Of a stretch of DNA of 64,000 nucleotides, positions 18,001-34,995 are shown one piece after another (within the stretch, counting starts at the first letter, position 1; every line of letters starts with the position of its first letter). The notes below the pieces were generated by a model. The model saw only the letters and a list, made by a program, of their open reading frames with translations. It had not been told where the DNA came from and made no database searches. This DNA comes from Eledone cirrhosa (taxonomy: Eukaryota), in contig OZ024741.1 of the NCBI GenBank assembly GCA_964016885.1, positions 386,942,001 to 387,006,000 of the forward strand, given 5' to 3'. The position numbers and the translations under genes are program-made.

Positions 18001-21000
18001 CCACCAACACTAGTACTACCAACACCACCAACACTAACACTACCAACACTAACACTACCAACACCACAAACACTAGTACTACCAACACCACCAACACTAA
18101 CATTACCAGCACCACCAACACTAACACTACCAACACCACCAACATTAACACTACCAACACCACCAACACTAACACTACCAACACCACCAACACTAGTACT
18201 ACCAACACCACCAACACTAACACTACCAGCACCACCAACACTAACACTACCAACACCACCAACACTAACACTACCAACACCACCAACACTAACAATAATA
18301 ACACCACCAACACTAACACCACCAACACCACCAAGACTAACACTACCAACACCACCAACACTAACACTACCAACACTACACTACCAACACTAACACTAGC
18401 AACACCACAAACACTAGCACTACGAACACCACCAACACTAGCACTACTAACACCACCAACACTAACACTACCAACACCACTAACAATAATAACACCACCA
18501 ACACTAACAATAATAACACCACCAACACTAACACCACCAACACCACCAACACTAACACTACCAACACCACCAACACTAACACTACCAACACCATCAACAC
18601 TAACACTACCAACACCACCAACACTAGCACTACCAACACTACCAACACTAACACTACCAACACCACCAACACCAGCACTACCAACACCACCAACACTAAC
18701 ACTACCAACACCACCAACACTAACACTACCAACACCACCAACACTAACACTACCAACACCACCAACACTAGCACTACCAACACCACCAACACTGACACTA
18801 CCAACACCATCAATACTAGCACTACCAACAGCACCAACACTCGCACTACCAACACCACCAACAATAGCACTACCAACACAACCAACACTAACACTACCAA
18901 CATCACCAACACTAACACTACCAACACCACCAACACTAACACTACCAACACCAATCAACACTAACACTACCAACACCACCAACACTAGCACTACCAACAC
19001 CACCAACACTCGCACTACCAACACCACCAACACTAACACTACCAACACCACCAACACTGACACTACCAACACCACCATCACTAACACTACCAACACTAGT
19101 ACTACTAACACCACCAACACTAACACTACCAACACCACCAACACTAACACTACCAACACCACCAACACTAGCACTACCAACACCACCAACACTAGCACTA
19201 CCAACAGCACCAACACTAGCACTACCAACACCACCAACACTAACACTACCAACACCACCAACACTAACACTACCAACACCACCAACACTAACACTACCAA
19301 GACCACCAACACTAACACTACCAACACCACCAACACTAACACTACCAACACCACCAACACTAGTACTACCAACACCACCAACACTAACACTACCAAGACC
19401 ACCAACACTAACACTACCAACACCACCAACACTAACACTACCAACACCACCAACACTGACACTACCAACACCACCAACACTAGTACTACCAACACCACCA
19501 ACACTAGCACTACAAACACCACCAACACTAACACTACCAACACCACCAACACTAGTACTACCAACACCACCAACACTAGTACTACCAACACCACCAACAC
19601 TAACACTACCAACACCACCAACACTAGCACTACCAACACCACCAACACTCGCACTACCAACACCACCAACACTGATACTACCAACACCACCAACACTCGC
19701 ACTACCAACACCACCAACACTAACACTACCAACACCATCAACACTAGCACTACCAACACCACCAACACTGACACTACCAACACCACCAACACTAGTACTA
19801 CCAACACCACCAACACTAGCACTACCAACACCACCAACACTAACACTACCAACACCACCAACACTAGTACTACCAACACCACCAACACTAGCACTACCAA
19901 CACCACCAACACTAGTACTACCAACACCACCAACACTAGTACTACCAACACCACCAACACTCGCACTACCAACACCACCAACACTAACACTACCAACACC
20001 ACCAACACTAGCACTACCAACACCACCAACACTGACACTACCAACACCACCAACACTAGTACTACCAACACCACCAACACTAGTACTACCAACACCACCA
20101 ACACTCGCACTACCAACACCACCAACACTAACACTACCAACACCACCAACACTAGTACTACCAACACCACCAACACTCGCACTACCAACACCACCAACAC
20201 TGACACTACCAACACCACCAACACTGACACTACCAACACCACCAACACTAACACTACCAACACCACCAACACTGACACTACCAACACCACCAACACTAGT
20301 ACTACCAACACCACCAACACTAGCACTACCAACACCACCAACACTAACACTACGAACACCACCAACACTAGCACTACCAACACCACCAACACTAACACTA
20401 CCAACACCACCAACACTAGTACTACCAACACCACCAACACTAGTACTACCAACACCACCAACACTAACACTACCAACACCACCAACACTAACAACACCAC
20501 CAACACCACCAACACTAACACTACCAACACCACCAACACTGACACTACCAACACCACCAACACTAACACTACCAACACCACCAACACTAGCACTACCGAC
20601 ACCACCAACACTCGCACTACCAACACCACCAACATTAGCACTACCAACACCACCAACACTAGCACTACCAACACCACCAACACTCGCACTACCAACACCA
20701 CCAACACTAACACTACCAACACCACCAACACTAGTACTACCAACACCACCAACACTCGCACTACCAACACCACCAACACTAACACTACCAACACCACCAA
20801 CACTAGCACTACCAACACCACCAACACTGACACTACCAACACCAGCAACACTAGTACTACCAACACCACCAACACTAGCACTACCAACACCACCAACACT
20901 AACACTACGAACACCACCAACACTAGCACTACCAACACCACCAACACTAACACTACCCACACCACCAACACTAGTACTACCAACACCACCAACACTAGTA

Positions 21001-24000
21001 CTACCAACACCACCAACACTAACACTACCAACACCACCAACACTAACAACACCACCAACACCACCAACACTAACACTACCAACACCACCAACACTGACAC
21101 TACCAACACCACCAACACTAACACTACCAACACCACCAACACTAGCACTACCGACACCACCAACACTCGCACTACCAACACCACCAACATTAGCACTACC
21201 AACACCACCAACACTAGCACTACCAACACCACCAACACTCGCACTACCAACACCACCAACACTAACACTACCAACACCACCAACACTAGTACTACCAACA
21301 CCACCAACACTCGCACTACCAACACCACCAACACTAACACTACCAACACCACCAACACAAGCACTACCAACACCACCAACACTGACACTACCAACACCAC
21401 CAACACTAGTACTACCAACACCACCAACACTAGCACTACCAACACCACCAACACTAACACTACGAACACCACCAACACTAGCACTACCAACACCACCAAC
21501 ACTAACACTACCAACACCACCAACACTAGTACGACCAACACCACCAACACTAGTACTACCAACACCACCAATACTAACACTACCAACACCACCAACACTA
21601 ACAACACCACCAACACCACCAACACTAACACTACCAACACCACCAACACTGACACTACCAACACCACCAACACTAACACTACCAACACCACCAACACTAG
21701 CACTACCGACACCACCAACACTCGCACTACCAACACACACCAACATTAGCACTACCAACACCACCAACACTAGCACTACCAACACCACCAACACTCGCAC
21801 TACCAACACCACCAACACTAACACTACCAACACCACCAACACTAGTACTACCAACACCACCAACACTAGCACTACCAACACCACCAACACTAACACTACG
21901 AACACCACCAACACTAGCACTACCAACACCACCAACACTAACACTACCAACACCACCAACACTAGTACTACCAACACCACCAACACTAGCACTACCAACA
22001 CCACCAACACTAACACTACGAACACCACCAACACTAGTACTACCAACACCACCAACACTAGCACTACCAACACCACCAACACTAACACTACCAACACCAC
22101 CAACACTAGTACTACCAACACCACCAACACTAGTACTACCAACACCACCAACACTAACACTACCAACACCACCAACACTAACAACACCACCAACACCACC
22201 AACACTAACACTACCAACACCACCAACACTCGCACTACCAACACCACCAACACTGACACTACCAACACCACCAACACTAACACTACCAACACCACCAACA
22301 CTAGCACTACCGATACCACCAACACTCGCACTACCAACACCACCAACATTAGCACTACCAACACCACCAACACTAGCACTACCAACACCACCAACACTCG
22401 CACTACCAACACCACTAACATTAGCACTACCAACACCACCAACACTGACACTACCAACACCACCAACACTAGTACTACCAACACCACCAACACTAACACT
22501 ACCAACAACACTAACACTACCAACACCACCAACACTGACACTACCAACACCACCAACACTAACACTACCAACACCACCAACACTAACACTACCAACACCA
22601 CCAACACTAGCACTACCAACACCACCAACACTAGCACTACCAACACCACCAACACTCGCACTACCAACACCACCAACACTAGCACTACCAACACCACCAA
22701 CACTAGCACTACCAACACCACCAACACTCGCACTACCAACACCACCAACACCAACACCACCAACACTAAGACACTACCAACAGCACCAACACTAGCACTA
22801 CCAACACCACCAACACTAACACTACCAACACCACCAACACTAAGACACTACCAACAGCACCAACACTAACACTAGCAACACCACCAACACTAGCACTACC
22901 TACACCACCAACACTAACACTACCTACACCACCAACACTAAGACACTACCAACAGCACCAACACTAACACTAACAACACCGCCAACACTAACACTACCAA
23001 CACCACCAACACTAACACTACCAACACCACCAACACCAACACCACCAACACTAAGACACTACCAACAGCACCAACACTAACACTACCAACATCACCAACA
23101 CTAGCACTACCAACACCACCAACACCAACACCACCAACACTAAGATACTACCAACACCGCCAACACTAACACTACCAACATCACCAACACAAGCACTATC
23201 AACACCACCAACACTAAGACACTACCAACAGCACCAACACTAGCACTACCAACACCACCAACACTAACACTACCAACACCACCAACACTAAGACACTACC
23301 AACAGCACCAACACTAACACTACCAACACCGCCAACACTAACACTACCAACACCACCAACACTAACACTACCAACACCACCAACACCAACACTACCAACA
23401 CCACCAACACCAACACCACCAACATTAAGACACTCCCAACAGCACCAACACTAACACTACCAACAGCATCAACACTAACACTACCAACACCGCCAACACT
23501 AACACTACCAACACCACCAACACTAACACTACCAACACCACCAACACCAACACCACCAACACTAAGACACTACCAACAGCACCAACACTAATACTACCAA
23601 CACCGCCAACACTATCACTACCAACACCGCCAACACTAACACTACCAACACCACCAACACCAACACCACCAACACTAAGACACTACCAACAGCACCAACA
23701 CTAACACTACCAACATCACCAACACTAGCACTACCAACACCACCAACACTAGCACTACCAACACCAGCAACTCTAAGACACTACCAACAGCACCAACACT
23801 AACACTACCAACACCGCCAACACTAACACTACCAACATCACCAAGACTAACACTACCAACACCACCTACACTAGTACTACCAACACCACCAACACTAACC
23901 CTACCACCACCACCGACACTAGTACCAACCAACACCACCAACACCACCAACACTAACACTAACAACACCACCAACATTAACACTACCAACACCATCAATA

Positions 24001-27000
24001 CTAGCACTACCAACACCATCAACACTAGCACTACCACCACCACCGACACTAGCACAACCAACACCACCTACACCTCCAACACTAACACTAACAACACCAC
24101 CAACATTAACACTACCAACACCACCAACACTAACACTACCAACACCATCAATACTAGCACTACCAACACCACCAACACTAACACTACCAACACTAACACT
24201 ACCAACCCCACTAACACTAGCACTACCAACACCACCAACACTAACACTACCAACACCACCAACACTAGCACTACCAACACCACCAACACTAGCACTACCA
24301 ACACAACCAACACTAACACTACCAACACTAACACTAATAACACCACCAACACTAGCACTACCAACACCACCAAGACTAACACTACCAACACTAACAACAA
24401 TAACACTAATAACACCACAAATACTAACACTACCAACACCACCAACAATAACACTAATAACACCAACAACACTAACACTACCAACACCACCAAGACTAAC
24501 ACTACCAACACCACCAACACTAACACTACCAACACTACACTACCAACACTAACACTAGCAACACCACAAACACTAGCACTACGAACACCACCAACACTAA
24601 CAATAATAACACCACCAACACTAACACCACCAACACCACCAACACTAACACTACCAACACCACCAACACTAACACTACCAACACCATCAACACTAACACT
24701 ACCAACACCACCAACACTAGCACTACCAACACTACCAACACTAACACTACCAACATCACCAACACTAACACTACCAACACCATCAACACTAACACTACCA
24801 ACACCACCAACACTAGCACTACCAACACTACCAACACTAACACTACCAACACCACCAACACTAGCACTACTAACACCACCAACACTAACACTACCAACAC
24901 CACCAACACTAACACTACCAACACCACCAACACTAACACTACCAACACCACCAACACTAGCACTACCAACACCACCAACACTGACACTACCGACACAATC
25001 AATACTAGCACTACCAACACCACCAACACTCGCACTACCAACACCACCAACAATAGCACTACCAACACCACCAACACTAACACTACCAACACCACCAACA
25101 CTAACACTACCAACACCACCAACACTAACAACACCACCAACACCACCAACACTAACACTGCCAACACCACCAACACTAGCACTACCAACACCACCAACAC
25201 TAACACTACCAACACCACCAACACTAGCACTACCGACACCATCAACACTAACACTACCAACACCACCAACACTAACAACATCACCAACACTAACACTACC
25301 AACACCATCAACACTAACACTACCAACACCACCAACACTAACAACACTACCAACACCACCAACACTAACACTACCGACACCACCAACACTCGCACTACCA
25401 ACACCACCAACACTGACACTACCAACACCACCAACACTAGCATTACCAACACCACCAACACTAACAACACTACCAACACCACCAACACTAGCACTACCGA
25501 CACCACCAACACTCGCACTACCAACACCACCAACACTGACACTACCAACACCACCAACACTAACACTACCAACACCACCAACACTAACAACACTACCAAC
25601 ACCACCAACACTAGCACTACCAACACCACCAACACTAACACTACCAACACCACCAACACTAACACTACCAACACCACCAACACTAGCACTACCGAGACCA
25701 CCAACACTCGCACTACCAACACCACCAACACTGACACTACCAACACCACCAACACTAGTACTACCAACACCACCAACACTCGCACTACCAACACCACCAA
25801 CACTAACACTACCAACACCACCAACACTAACACTACCAACACCACCCACACTAACACTACCAACACCACCAACACTAACACTACCAACACCACCAACACT
25901 AGCACTACCTACACCACCAACACTGACACTACCAACACCACCAACACTCGCACTACCAACACCACCAACACTAACACTACCAACACCACCAACACTAGCA
26001 CTACCAACACCACCAACACTAACACTGCCAACACCACCAACACTAGCACTACCAACACCACCAACACTAACACTACCAACACCACCAACACTAGCACTAC
26101 CAACACCACCAACACTAACACTACCAACACCACCAACACTACCAACACCACCAACACCACCACACTAACACTACCAACACCACCAACACTAGCACTACCA
26201 ACACCACCAACACTCGCACTACCAACACCACCAACACTGACACTACCAACACCACCAACACTAACACTACCAACACCACCAACACTAACACTGCCAACAC
26301 CACCAACACTAGTACTACCAACACCACCAACACTAACACTAGCAACACCACCAACACTAACACTACCAACACCACCAACACTAGCACTACCAACACCACC
26401 AACACTCGCACTACCAACACCACCAACACTAACACTACCAACACCACCAACACTAACACTACCAACACCACCAACACTAACACTACCAACACCACCAACA
26501 CTAACACTACCAGCACCACCAACACTAACACTACCAACACCACCAAAACTAACACTACCAACACCACCAACACTAACACTACCAACACCACCAACACTAG
26601 TACTACCAACACCACCAACACTAACACTACCAGCACCACCAACACTAACACTACCAACACCACCAACACTAACACTACGAACACCACCAACACTAACACT
26701 ACCAACACCACCAACACTAGTACTACCAACACCACCAACACTAGCACTACCAACACCACCAACACTAACACTACCAACACGACCTACACTAACACTACCA
26801 ACACCACCAACACTAAGACACTACCAACAGCACTAACACTAACACTACCAACACCGCCAACACTAACACTACCAACACCACCAACACTAACACTACCAAC
26901 ATCACCAACACTAGCACTACCAACACCACCAACACTAGTACTACCAACACCACCAACACTAGCACTACCAACACCACTAACACTAGTACTACCAACACCA

Positions 27001-30000
27001 CCAACACTAACACTACCAACACCACCAACACTAAGACACTACCAACAGCACCAACACTAACACTACCAACATCACCAACACTAGCACTACCAACACCACC
27101 AACACTAACCCTACCAACACCACCAACACCAACAACACCAACACTAAGATACTACCAACACCGCCAACACTAACACTACCAACACCACCAACACTAACAC
27201 TACCAACACCACCAACACCAACACCACCAACACTAAGACACTACCAACAGCACCAACACTAGCACTACCAACACCACCAACACTAACACTACCAACACCA
27301 CCAACACTAAGACACTACCAACAGCACCAACACTAACACTACCAACAGCACCAACACTAACACTACCAACACTGCCAACACTAACACTACCAACACCACC
27401 AACACCAACACCACCAACACTAAGACACTACCAACAGCACCAACACTAACGCTACCAACACCGCCAACACTAACACTACCAACACCATCAACACCAACAC
27501 CACTAACACTAAGACACTACCAACAGCACCAACACTAACACTACCAACACCACCAACACTAACACTACCAACACCATCAACACCAACACCACTAACACTA
27601 AGACACTACCAACAGCACCAACACTAACACTACCAACACCACCAACACTAACACTACCAACACCACCAACACCAACACCACCAACACTAAGACACTACCA
27701 ACAGCACCAACACTAGCACTACCAACAGCACCAACACTAGCACTACCAACACCACCAACACTAGCACTACCAACACCACCAACACTAACACACTACCAAC
27801 AGCACCAACACTAACACTACCAACATCACCAACACTAGCACTACCAACACCACCAACACTAAGACACTACCAACACCACCAACGCTAACACTACCAACAC
27901 CACAAACACTAACACTACCAACACCACCAACACTAGCACTACCAACACCACCAACTCTAAGACACTACCAACACCACCAACACTAACACTACCAACACCG
28001 CCAACACTAACACTACCAACATCACCAAGACTAACACTACCAACACCACCTACACTAGTACTACCAACACCACCAACACTAACACTACCAACACCACCAA
28101 CACTAACACTACCAACACCATCAACACTAACACTACCAACACCACCAACACTAACACTACCAACACTCAGAACACCAGCAACACTAGCACTACCAACACT
28201 ACCAACACCACAAAGACTAACACTACCAACACCACCAACAATAACACTAATAACACCACATACACTAACACTACCAACACCACCAACACTAGCACTACCA
28301 ACACTACCAACACTAGCACTACCAACACCACCAACACTAACACTACCAACACTACCAACCCCACAAACACTAGCACTACCAACACCACCAACACTAACAC
28401 TACCAACACCTCCAACACTAGCACTACCAACACCACCAACACTAACACTACCAACACCACCAACACTAACACTACCAACACCACCAACACTAACACTACC
28501 AACACCACCAACACTAACACTACCAACACCACCAACACTAGCACTACTAACACCACCAACACTAACACTACCAACACCACCAACACTAACACTACCAACA
28601 CCACCAACACTAACACTACCAGCACCACCAACACTAACACTACCAACACCACCAACACTAACACTACCAACACCACCAACACTAACACTAACAACACAAC
28701 CAACACTAACGCTGCCAACACCACCAACACTAGCACTACCAACACCACCAACACTAACACTACCAACACCATCAATACTAGCACTATCAACACCATCAAC
28801 ACTAGCACTACCAGCACCACCAACACTAACACTACCAACATCACAAACACTACCACTCCCAACACCACCAACACTAACACTACTAACACCACCAACACTA
28901 ACACGACCAACACCACCATCACTAACACTACCAACACCACCAACACTAACACTACCAACACCACCTAGACTAACACTACCAACACTAACACCACCAACAC
29001 TGACACTACCAACACCACCAACACTAACACTACCAACACCACCAACACTAACACTACCAACACCACCAACACTAGTACTACCAACACCACCAACACTAAC
29101 ACTAGCAACACCACCAACACTAACACTACCAACACCACCAACACTAGCACTACCAACACCACCAACACTCGCACTACCAACACCACCAACACTAACACTA
29201 CCAACACCACCAACACTAACACTACCAACACCACCAACACTAACACTACCAACACCATCAATACTAGCACTACCAACACCACCAACACTAACACTACCAA
29301 CACTAACACTACCAACCCCACTAACACTAGCAACACCACCAACACTAACACTACCAACACCACCAACACTAGCACTACCAACACCACCAACACTAGCACT
29401 ACCAACACCACCAACACTAACACTACCAACACTAACACTAATAACACCACCAACACCACCAAGACTAACACTACCAACACTACCAACAATAACACTAATA
29501 ACACCACAAATACTAACACTACCAACACCACCAACAATAACACTAATAACACCACCAACACTAACATTACCAACACCACCAAGACTAACACTACCAACAC
29601 CACCAACACTAACACTACCAACACTACACTACCAACACTAACACTAGCAACACCACAAACACTAGCACTACGAACACCACCAACACTAGCACTACTAACA
29701 CCACCAACACTAACACTACCAACACCACCAACACTAACACTACCAACACCATCAACACTAACACTACCAACACCACCAACACTAACACTACCAACACTCA
29801 GAACACCAGCAACACTAGCACTACCAACACTACCAACACCAACATCACCAACATCACCAACACCACCAACAATAACACTAATAACACCACATACACTAAC
29901 ACTACCAACACCACCAACACTAACACTACCAACACCACCAACACTAACACTACCAACACCACCAACACTAGCACTACCACCACCACCAACACTAACACTA

Positions 30001-33000
30001 CCAACACCACCAACACTAACACTAATAACACCACCAACACTAACACTACCAACACCACCAACACTAACACTACCAACACCACCACCACTAGCACTACCAC
30101 CACCACAAACACTAACACTACCAACACCACCAACACTAACAACACCACCAACACTAACACTAATGACACTACCAATACTAACACTACCATCACCGGCACT
30201 ACCAACACCACCAACACTAACACTACCCACACCACCAACACTAACACCACCAACGCCACCATCTCTAACACTAATAACACCACCAACATCACCAACACTA
30301 ACAATAATAACACCACCAACACTAACACTACCAACACCACCAACACTAACAATAATAACACCACCAACACTAACACCACCAACACCACCAACACTAACAC
30401 TACCAACACCACCAACACTAACACTACCAACACCAGCAACACTAACACTACCAGCACCACCAACACTAGCACTACCAACACTAGCACTACCAACACTACC
30501 AACACCACCAAGACTAACACTACCAACACCACCAACAATAACACTAATAACACCACAAACACAACACTACCAACACCAACAACACTAACAACACCACCAA
30601 CACTAACACTAATGACACTACCAATACTAACACTACCATCACCGGCACTACCAACACCACCAACACTAACACTACCCACACCACCAACACTAACACCACC
30701 AACGCCACCATCTCTAACACTAATAACACCACCAACATCACCAACACTAACAATAATAACACCACCAACACTAACACTACCAACACCACCAACACTAACA
30801 ATAATAACACCACCAACACTAACACCACCAACACCACCAACACTAACACTACCAACACCACCAACACTAACACTACCAACACCACCAACACTAACACTAC
30901 CAACACCACCAACACTAGCACTACCAACACTACCAACACTAACACTACCAACACCACTAACACTAGCACTACCAACACCACCAACACTAACACTACCAAC
31001 ACCAGCAACACTAACACTACCAACACCACCAACACTAGCACTACCAACACTAGCACTACCAACACTACCAACACCACCAAGACTAACACTACCAACACCA
31101 CCAACAATAACACTAATAACACCACAAACACAACACTACCAACACCAACAACACTAACACTACCAACACCACTAACACTAATAACACCACCAACACTAGC
31201 ACTACCAACACCACCAACACTAACACTACCAACACCACCAACACTAACACCACCAACCCCACCAACACTAACACTACCAACACCACCAACACTAACACTA
31301 ATAACACCACCAACACTAGCACTACCAACACCACTAACACTAACACTAATAACACCACCAACACTAACACTACCAACACCACTAACACTAACACTAATAA
31401 CACCACCAACACTAGCACTACCAACACCACCAACACTAACACTACCAACATCACCAACACTAACACTAATAACACCACAAACACTAACACTACCAACACC
31501 AGCAACACCACCAACACCACTAACATCACCAACACCACCAACACTAACACTACCAACACCACCAACACTAACACTACCAACACCACCAACACTAACACTA
31601 ATAAAGCCACCAACACTAGCACTACCACCACCACCAACACTAACACTACCAACACCACCAACACTAACACTAATAACACCACCAACACTAACACTACCAA
31701 CACCACCAACACTAACACTACCAACACCACCAACACTAGCACTACCACCACCACAAACACTAACACTACCAACACCACCAACACTAACAACACCACCAAC
31801 ACTAACACTAATGACACTACCAATACTAACACTAGCAACACCACCAACACACACACCAACACCACCAACACTATCACTACCATCACCGGCACTACCAACA
31901 CCACCAACACTAACACTACCAACACCACCAACACTAACACCACCAACGCCACCATCTCTAACACTAATAACACCACCAACATCACCAACACTAACAATAA
32001 TAACACCACCAACACTAACACTACCAACACCACCAACACTAACAATAATAACACCACCAACACTAACACCACCAACACTAACACTACCAACACCACCAAC
32101 ACTAACACTACCAACACCACCAACACTAGCACTACCAACACTACCAACACTAACACTACCAACACCACTAACACTAGCACTACCAACACCACCAACACTA
32201 ACACTACCAACACCAGCAACACTAACACTACCAACACCCCCAACACTAGCACTACCAACACTAGCACTACCAACACTACCAACACCACCAAGTCTAACAC
32301 TACCAACACCACCAACAATAACACTAATAACACCACAAACACAACACTACCAACACCAACAACACTAACACTACCAACACCACTAACACTAATAACACCA
32401 CCAACACTAGCACTACCAACACCACCAACACTAACACTACCAACACCACCAACACTAACACTACCAACACCACCAACACTAACACTACCAACACCACTAA
32501 CACTAATAACACCACCAACACTAACTCTACCAACACCACTAACACTAACACTAATAACACCACCAACACTAACACTACCAACACCACCAACACTAACACT
32601 ACCAACACCACCAACACTAGCACTACCACCACCACAAACACTAACACTACCAACACCACCAACACTAACAACACCACCAACACTAACACTAATGACACTA
32701 CCAATACTAACACTAGCAACACCACCAACACACACACACCAACACCACCAACACTAACACTACCATCACCGGCACTACCAACACCACCAACACTAACACT
32801 ACCAACACCACCAACACTAACACCACCAACGCCACCATCTCTAACACTAATAACACCACCAACATCACCAACACTAACAATAATAACACCACCAACACTA
32901 ACACTACCAACACCACCAACACTAACAATAATAACACCACCAACACTAACACCACCAACACCACCAACACTAACACTACCAACACCACCAACACTAACAC

Positions 33001-34250
33001 TACCAACACCACCAACACTAACACTACCAACACCACCAACACTAGCACTACCAACACTACCAACACTAACACTACCAACACCACTAACACTAGCACTACC
33101 AACACCACCAACACTAACACTACCAACACCAGCAACACTAACACTACCAACACCACCAACACTAGCACTACCAACACTAGCACTACCAACACTACCAACA
33201 CCACCAACAATAACACTAATAACACCACAAACACAACACTACCAACACCAACAACACTAACACTACCAACACCACTAACACTAATAACACCACCAACACT
33301 AGCACTACCAACACCACCAACACTAACACTACCAACACCACCAACACTAACACTACCAACACCACCAACACTAACACTACCAACACCACTAACACTAATA
33401 ACACCACCAACACTAACTCTACCAACACCACTAACACTAACACTAATAACACCACCAACACTAACACTAATAACACCACCAACACTAGCTCTACCAACAC
33501 CACCAACACTAACACTACCAACACCACCAACACTAACACTACCATCACCACCAACACTAACACTAATAACACCAACAACACTAACACTACCAACACCACT
33601 AACACTAATAACACCACCAACACTAGCACTACCAACACCACCAACACTAACACTACCAACACCACCAACACTAACACTACCAACCCCACCAACACTAACA
33701 CTACCAACACCACCAACACTAACACTAATAACACCACCAACACTAGCACTACCAACACCACTAACACTAACACTAATAACACCACCAACACTAACACTAC
33801 CAACACCACTAACACTAACACTAATAACACCACCAACACTAGCACTACCAACACCACCAACACTAACACTACCAACATCACCAACACTAACACTAATAAC
33901 ACCACAAACACTAACACTACCAACACCAGCAACACCACCAACACCACTAACATCACCAACACCACCAACACTAACACTACCAACACCACCAACACTAACA
34001 CTACCAACACCACTAATAACACCACCAACACTAGCACTACCAACACCACCAACACTAACACTACCAACATCACCAACACTAACACTAATAACACCACAAA
34101 CACTAACACTACCAACACCACCAACATCACCAACATCACCAACACTAACACTACGAACACCACCAACACTAACACTACCAACACCACCAACACTAACACT
34201 ACCAACATCACCAACACCACAAGTTCCAACAACAACACCAATACCAACAT
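1..34250. repeat. 24-bp tandem satellite (consensus ACTAACACTACCAACACCACCAAC), >34 kb, roughly 1,400 units, extends past window start
   Basis: Period of 24 nt read directly (TAACAC at 1 and 25). A variable triplet (AAC/AGC/AGT/CGC/GAC) marks units. Translations are 8-aa repeats (TLTLPTPP, TNTTNTTN, GVGSVSVG, VLVVLVVL) that switch frame at recurrent indel units. The array becomes more degenerate (TAATAAC variants) from ~28 kb to its end. Confidence 0.98.
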
Positions 34251-34639
34251 TACCACTACAACTATGTTTGTATGCCAGAGATGGAGAAATCCTCACCAAT
34301 AGGAAACCATTTTACCATATTCTAATTCTAATCTCCAAAAATTCATGAAAAGCCATACAACCCTTTTGAAACCATCCTGCCCAAAACTGCCTCTGTTTCT
34401 ATGAGACAAAACTATTAATATTAAAAGGTTCCTATTTAAATTAAAACCTTCCAACCTTATATAAGAATCTTCTGTTATGTTACAAATGCTATCCAAATAA
34501 TGAAACAATTAACAATTTTTGTAAATTCTAAATTCTTCATTAATTAATTAAAATAAAGTATTTCATTAAAAATAAAAAAGTTAGAATGAGAAGGCCATGG
34601 CTAGAATGTCATCAAGCATGGGTCTGCTCAATCAACAAC

Positions 34640-34995
34640 TAGTATAACAACAACAACTATAATAACTATAACAACAACAACAAAAACAATAACAACTATA
34701 ATAACTATAACAACAACAACGACAAAACAATAACAACAACTATAACAACAACTCTAACAACAACAATAACAACAATAATAACTATAACAACAATAACAAC
34801 AACAATAACAACAACAACAATAACAACAATAACTACAATAACAACTATAACAACAACTATAACAACAACCATAACAACAACTATAACAACAACTATAATA
34901 AAAACTATAACATCATCAACTATAACCACAACAACAACAACAATAACAACTATAACAACAACAACTGTAACAACAGCATTAACAACAACAACAGC
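34640..34995. repeat. (ACA)n / ACAACTATA degenerate trinucleotide microsatellite
   Basis: Direct reading; abuts the donor of exon 35001. Confidence 0.95.

Noticed and set aside
1129-34299. Giant Val/Leu, Gly/Ser/Val, Thr/Asn and Pro/Thr ORFs (up to 2565 aa) as mucin, silk or membrane proteins
   Set aside because: They are translations of a 24-bp satellite lacking stops in several frames. Frames swap at recurrent 1-nt indel units, most starts are GTG/TTG in a eukaryote, and there is no signal peptide or unique domain.
34312-34398. Candidate terminal exon KQRQFWAGWFQKGCMAFHEFLEIRIRIW* (minus strand)
   Set aside because: It has a plausible acceptor and the right phase, but the peptide is unlike the expected coiled-coil continuation. 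Kept only as an alternative hypothesis.
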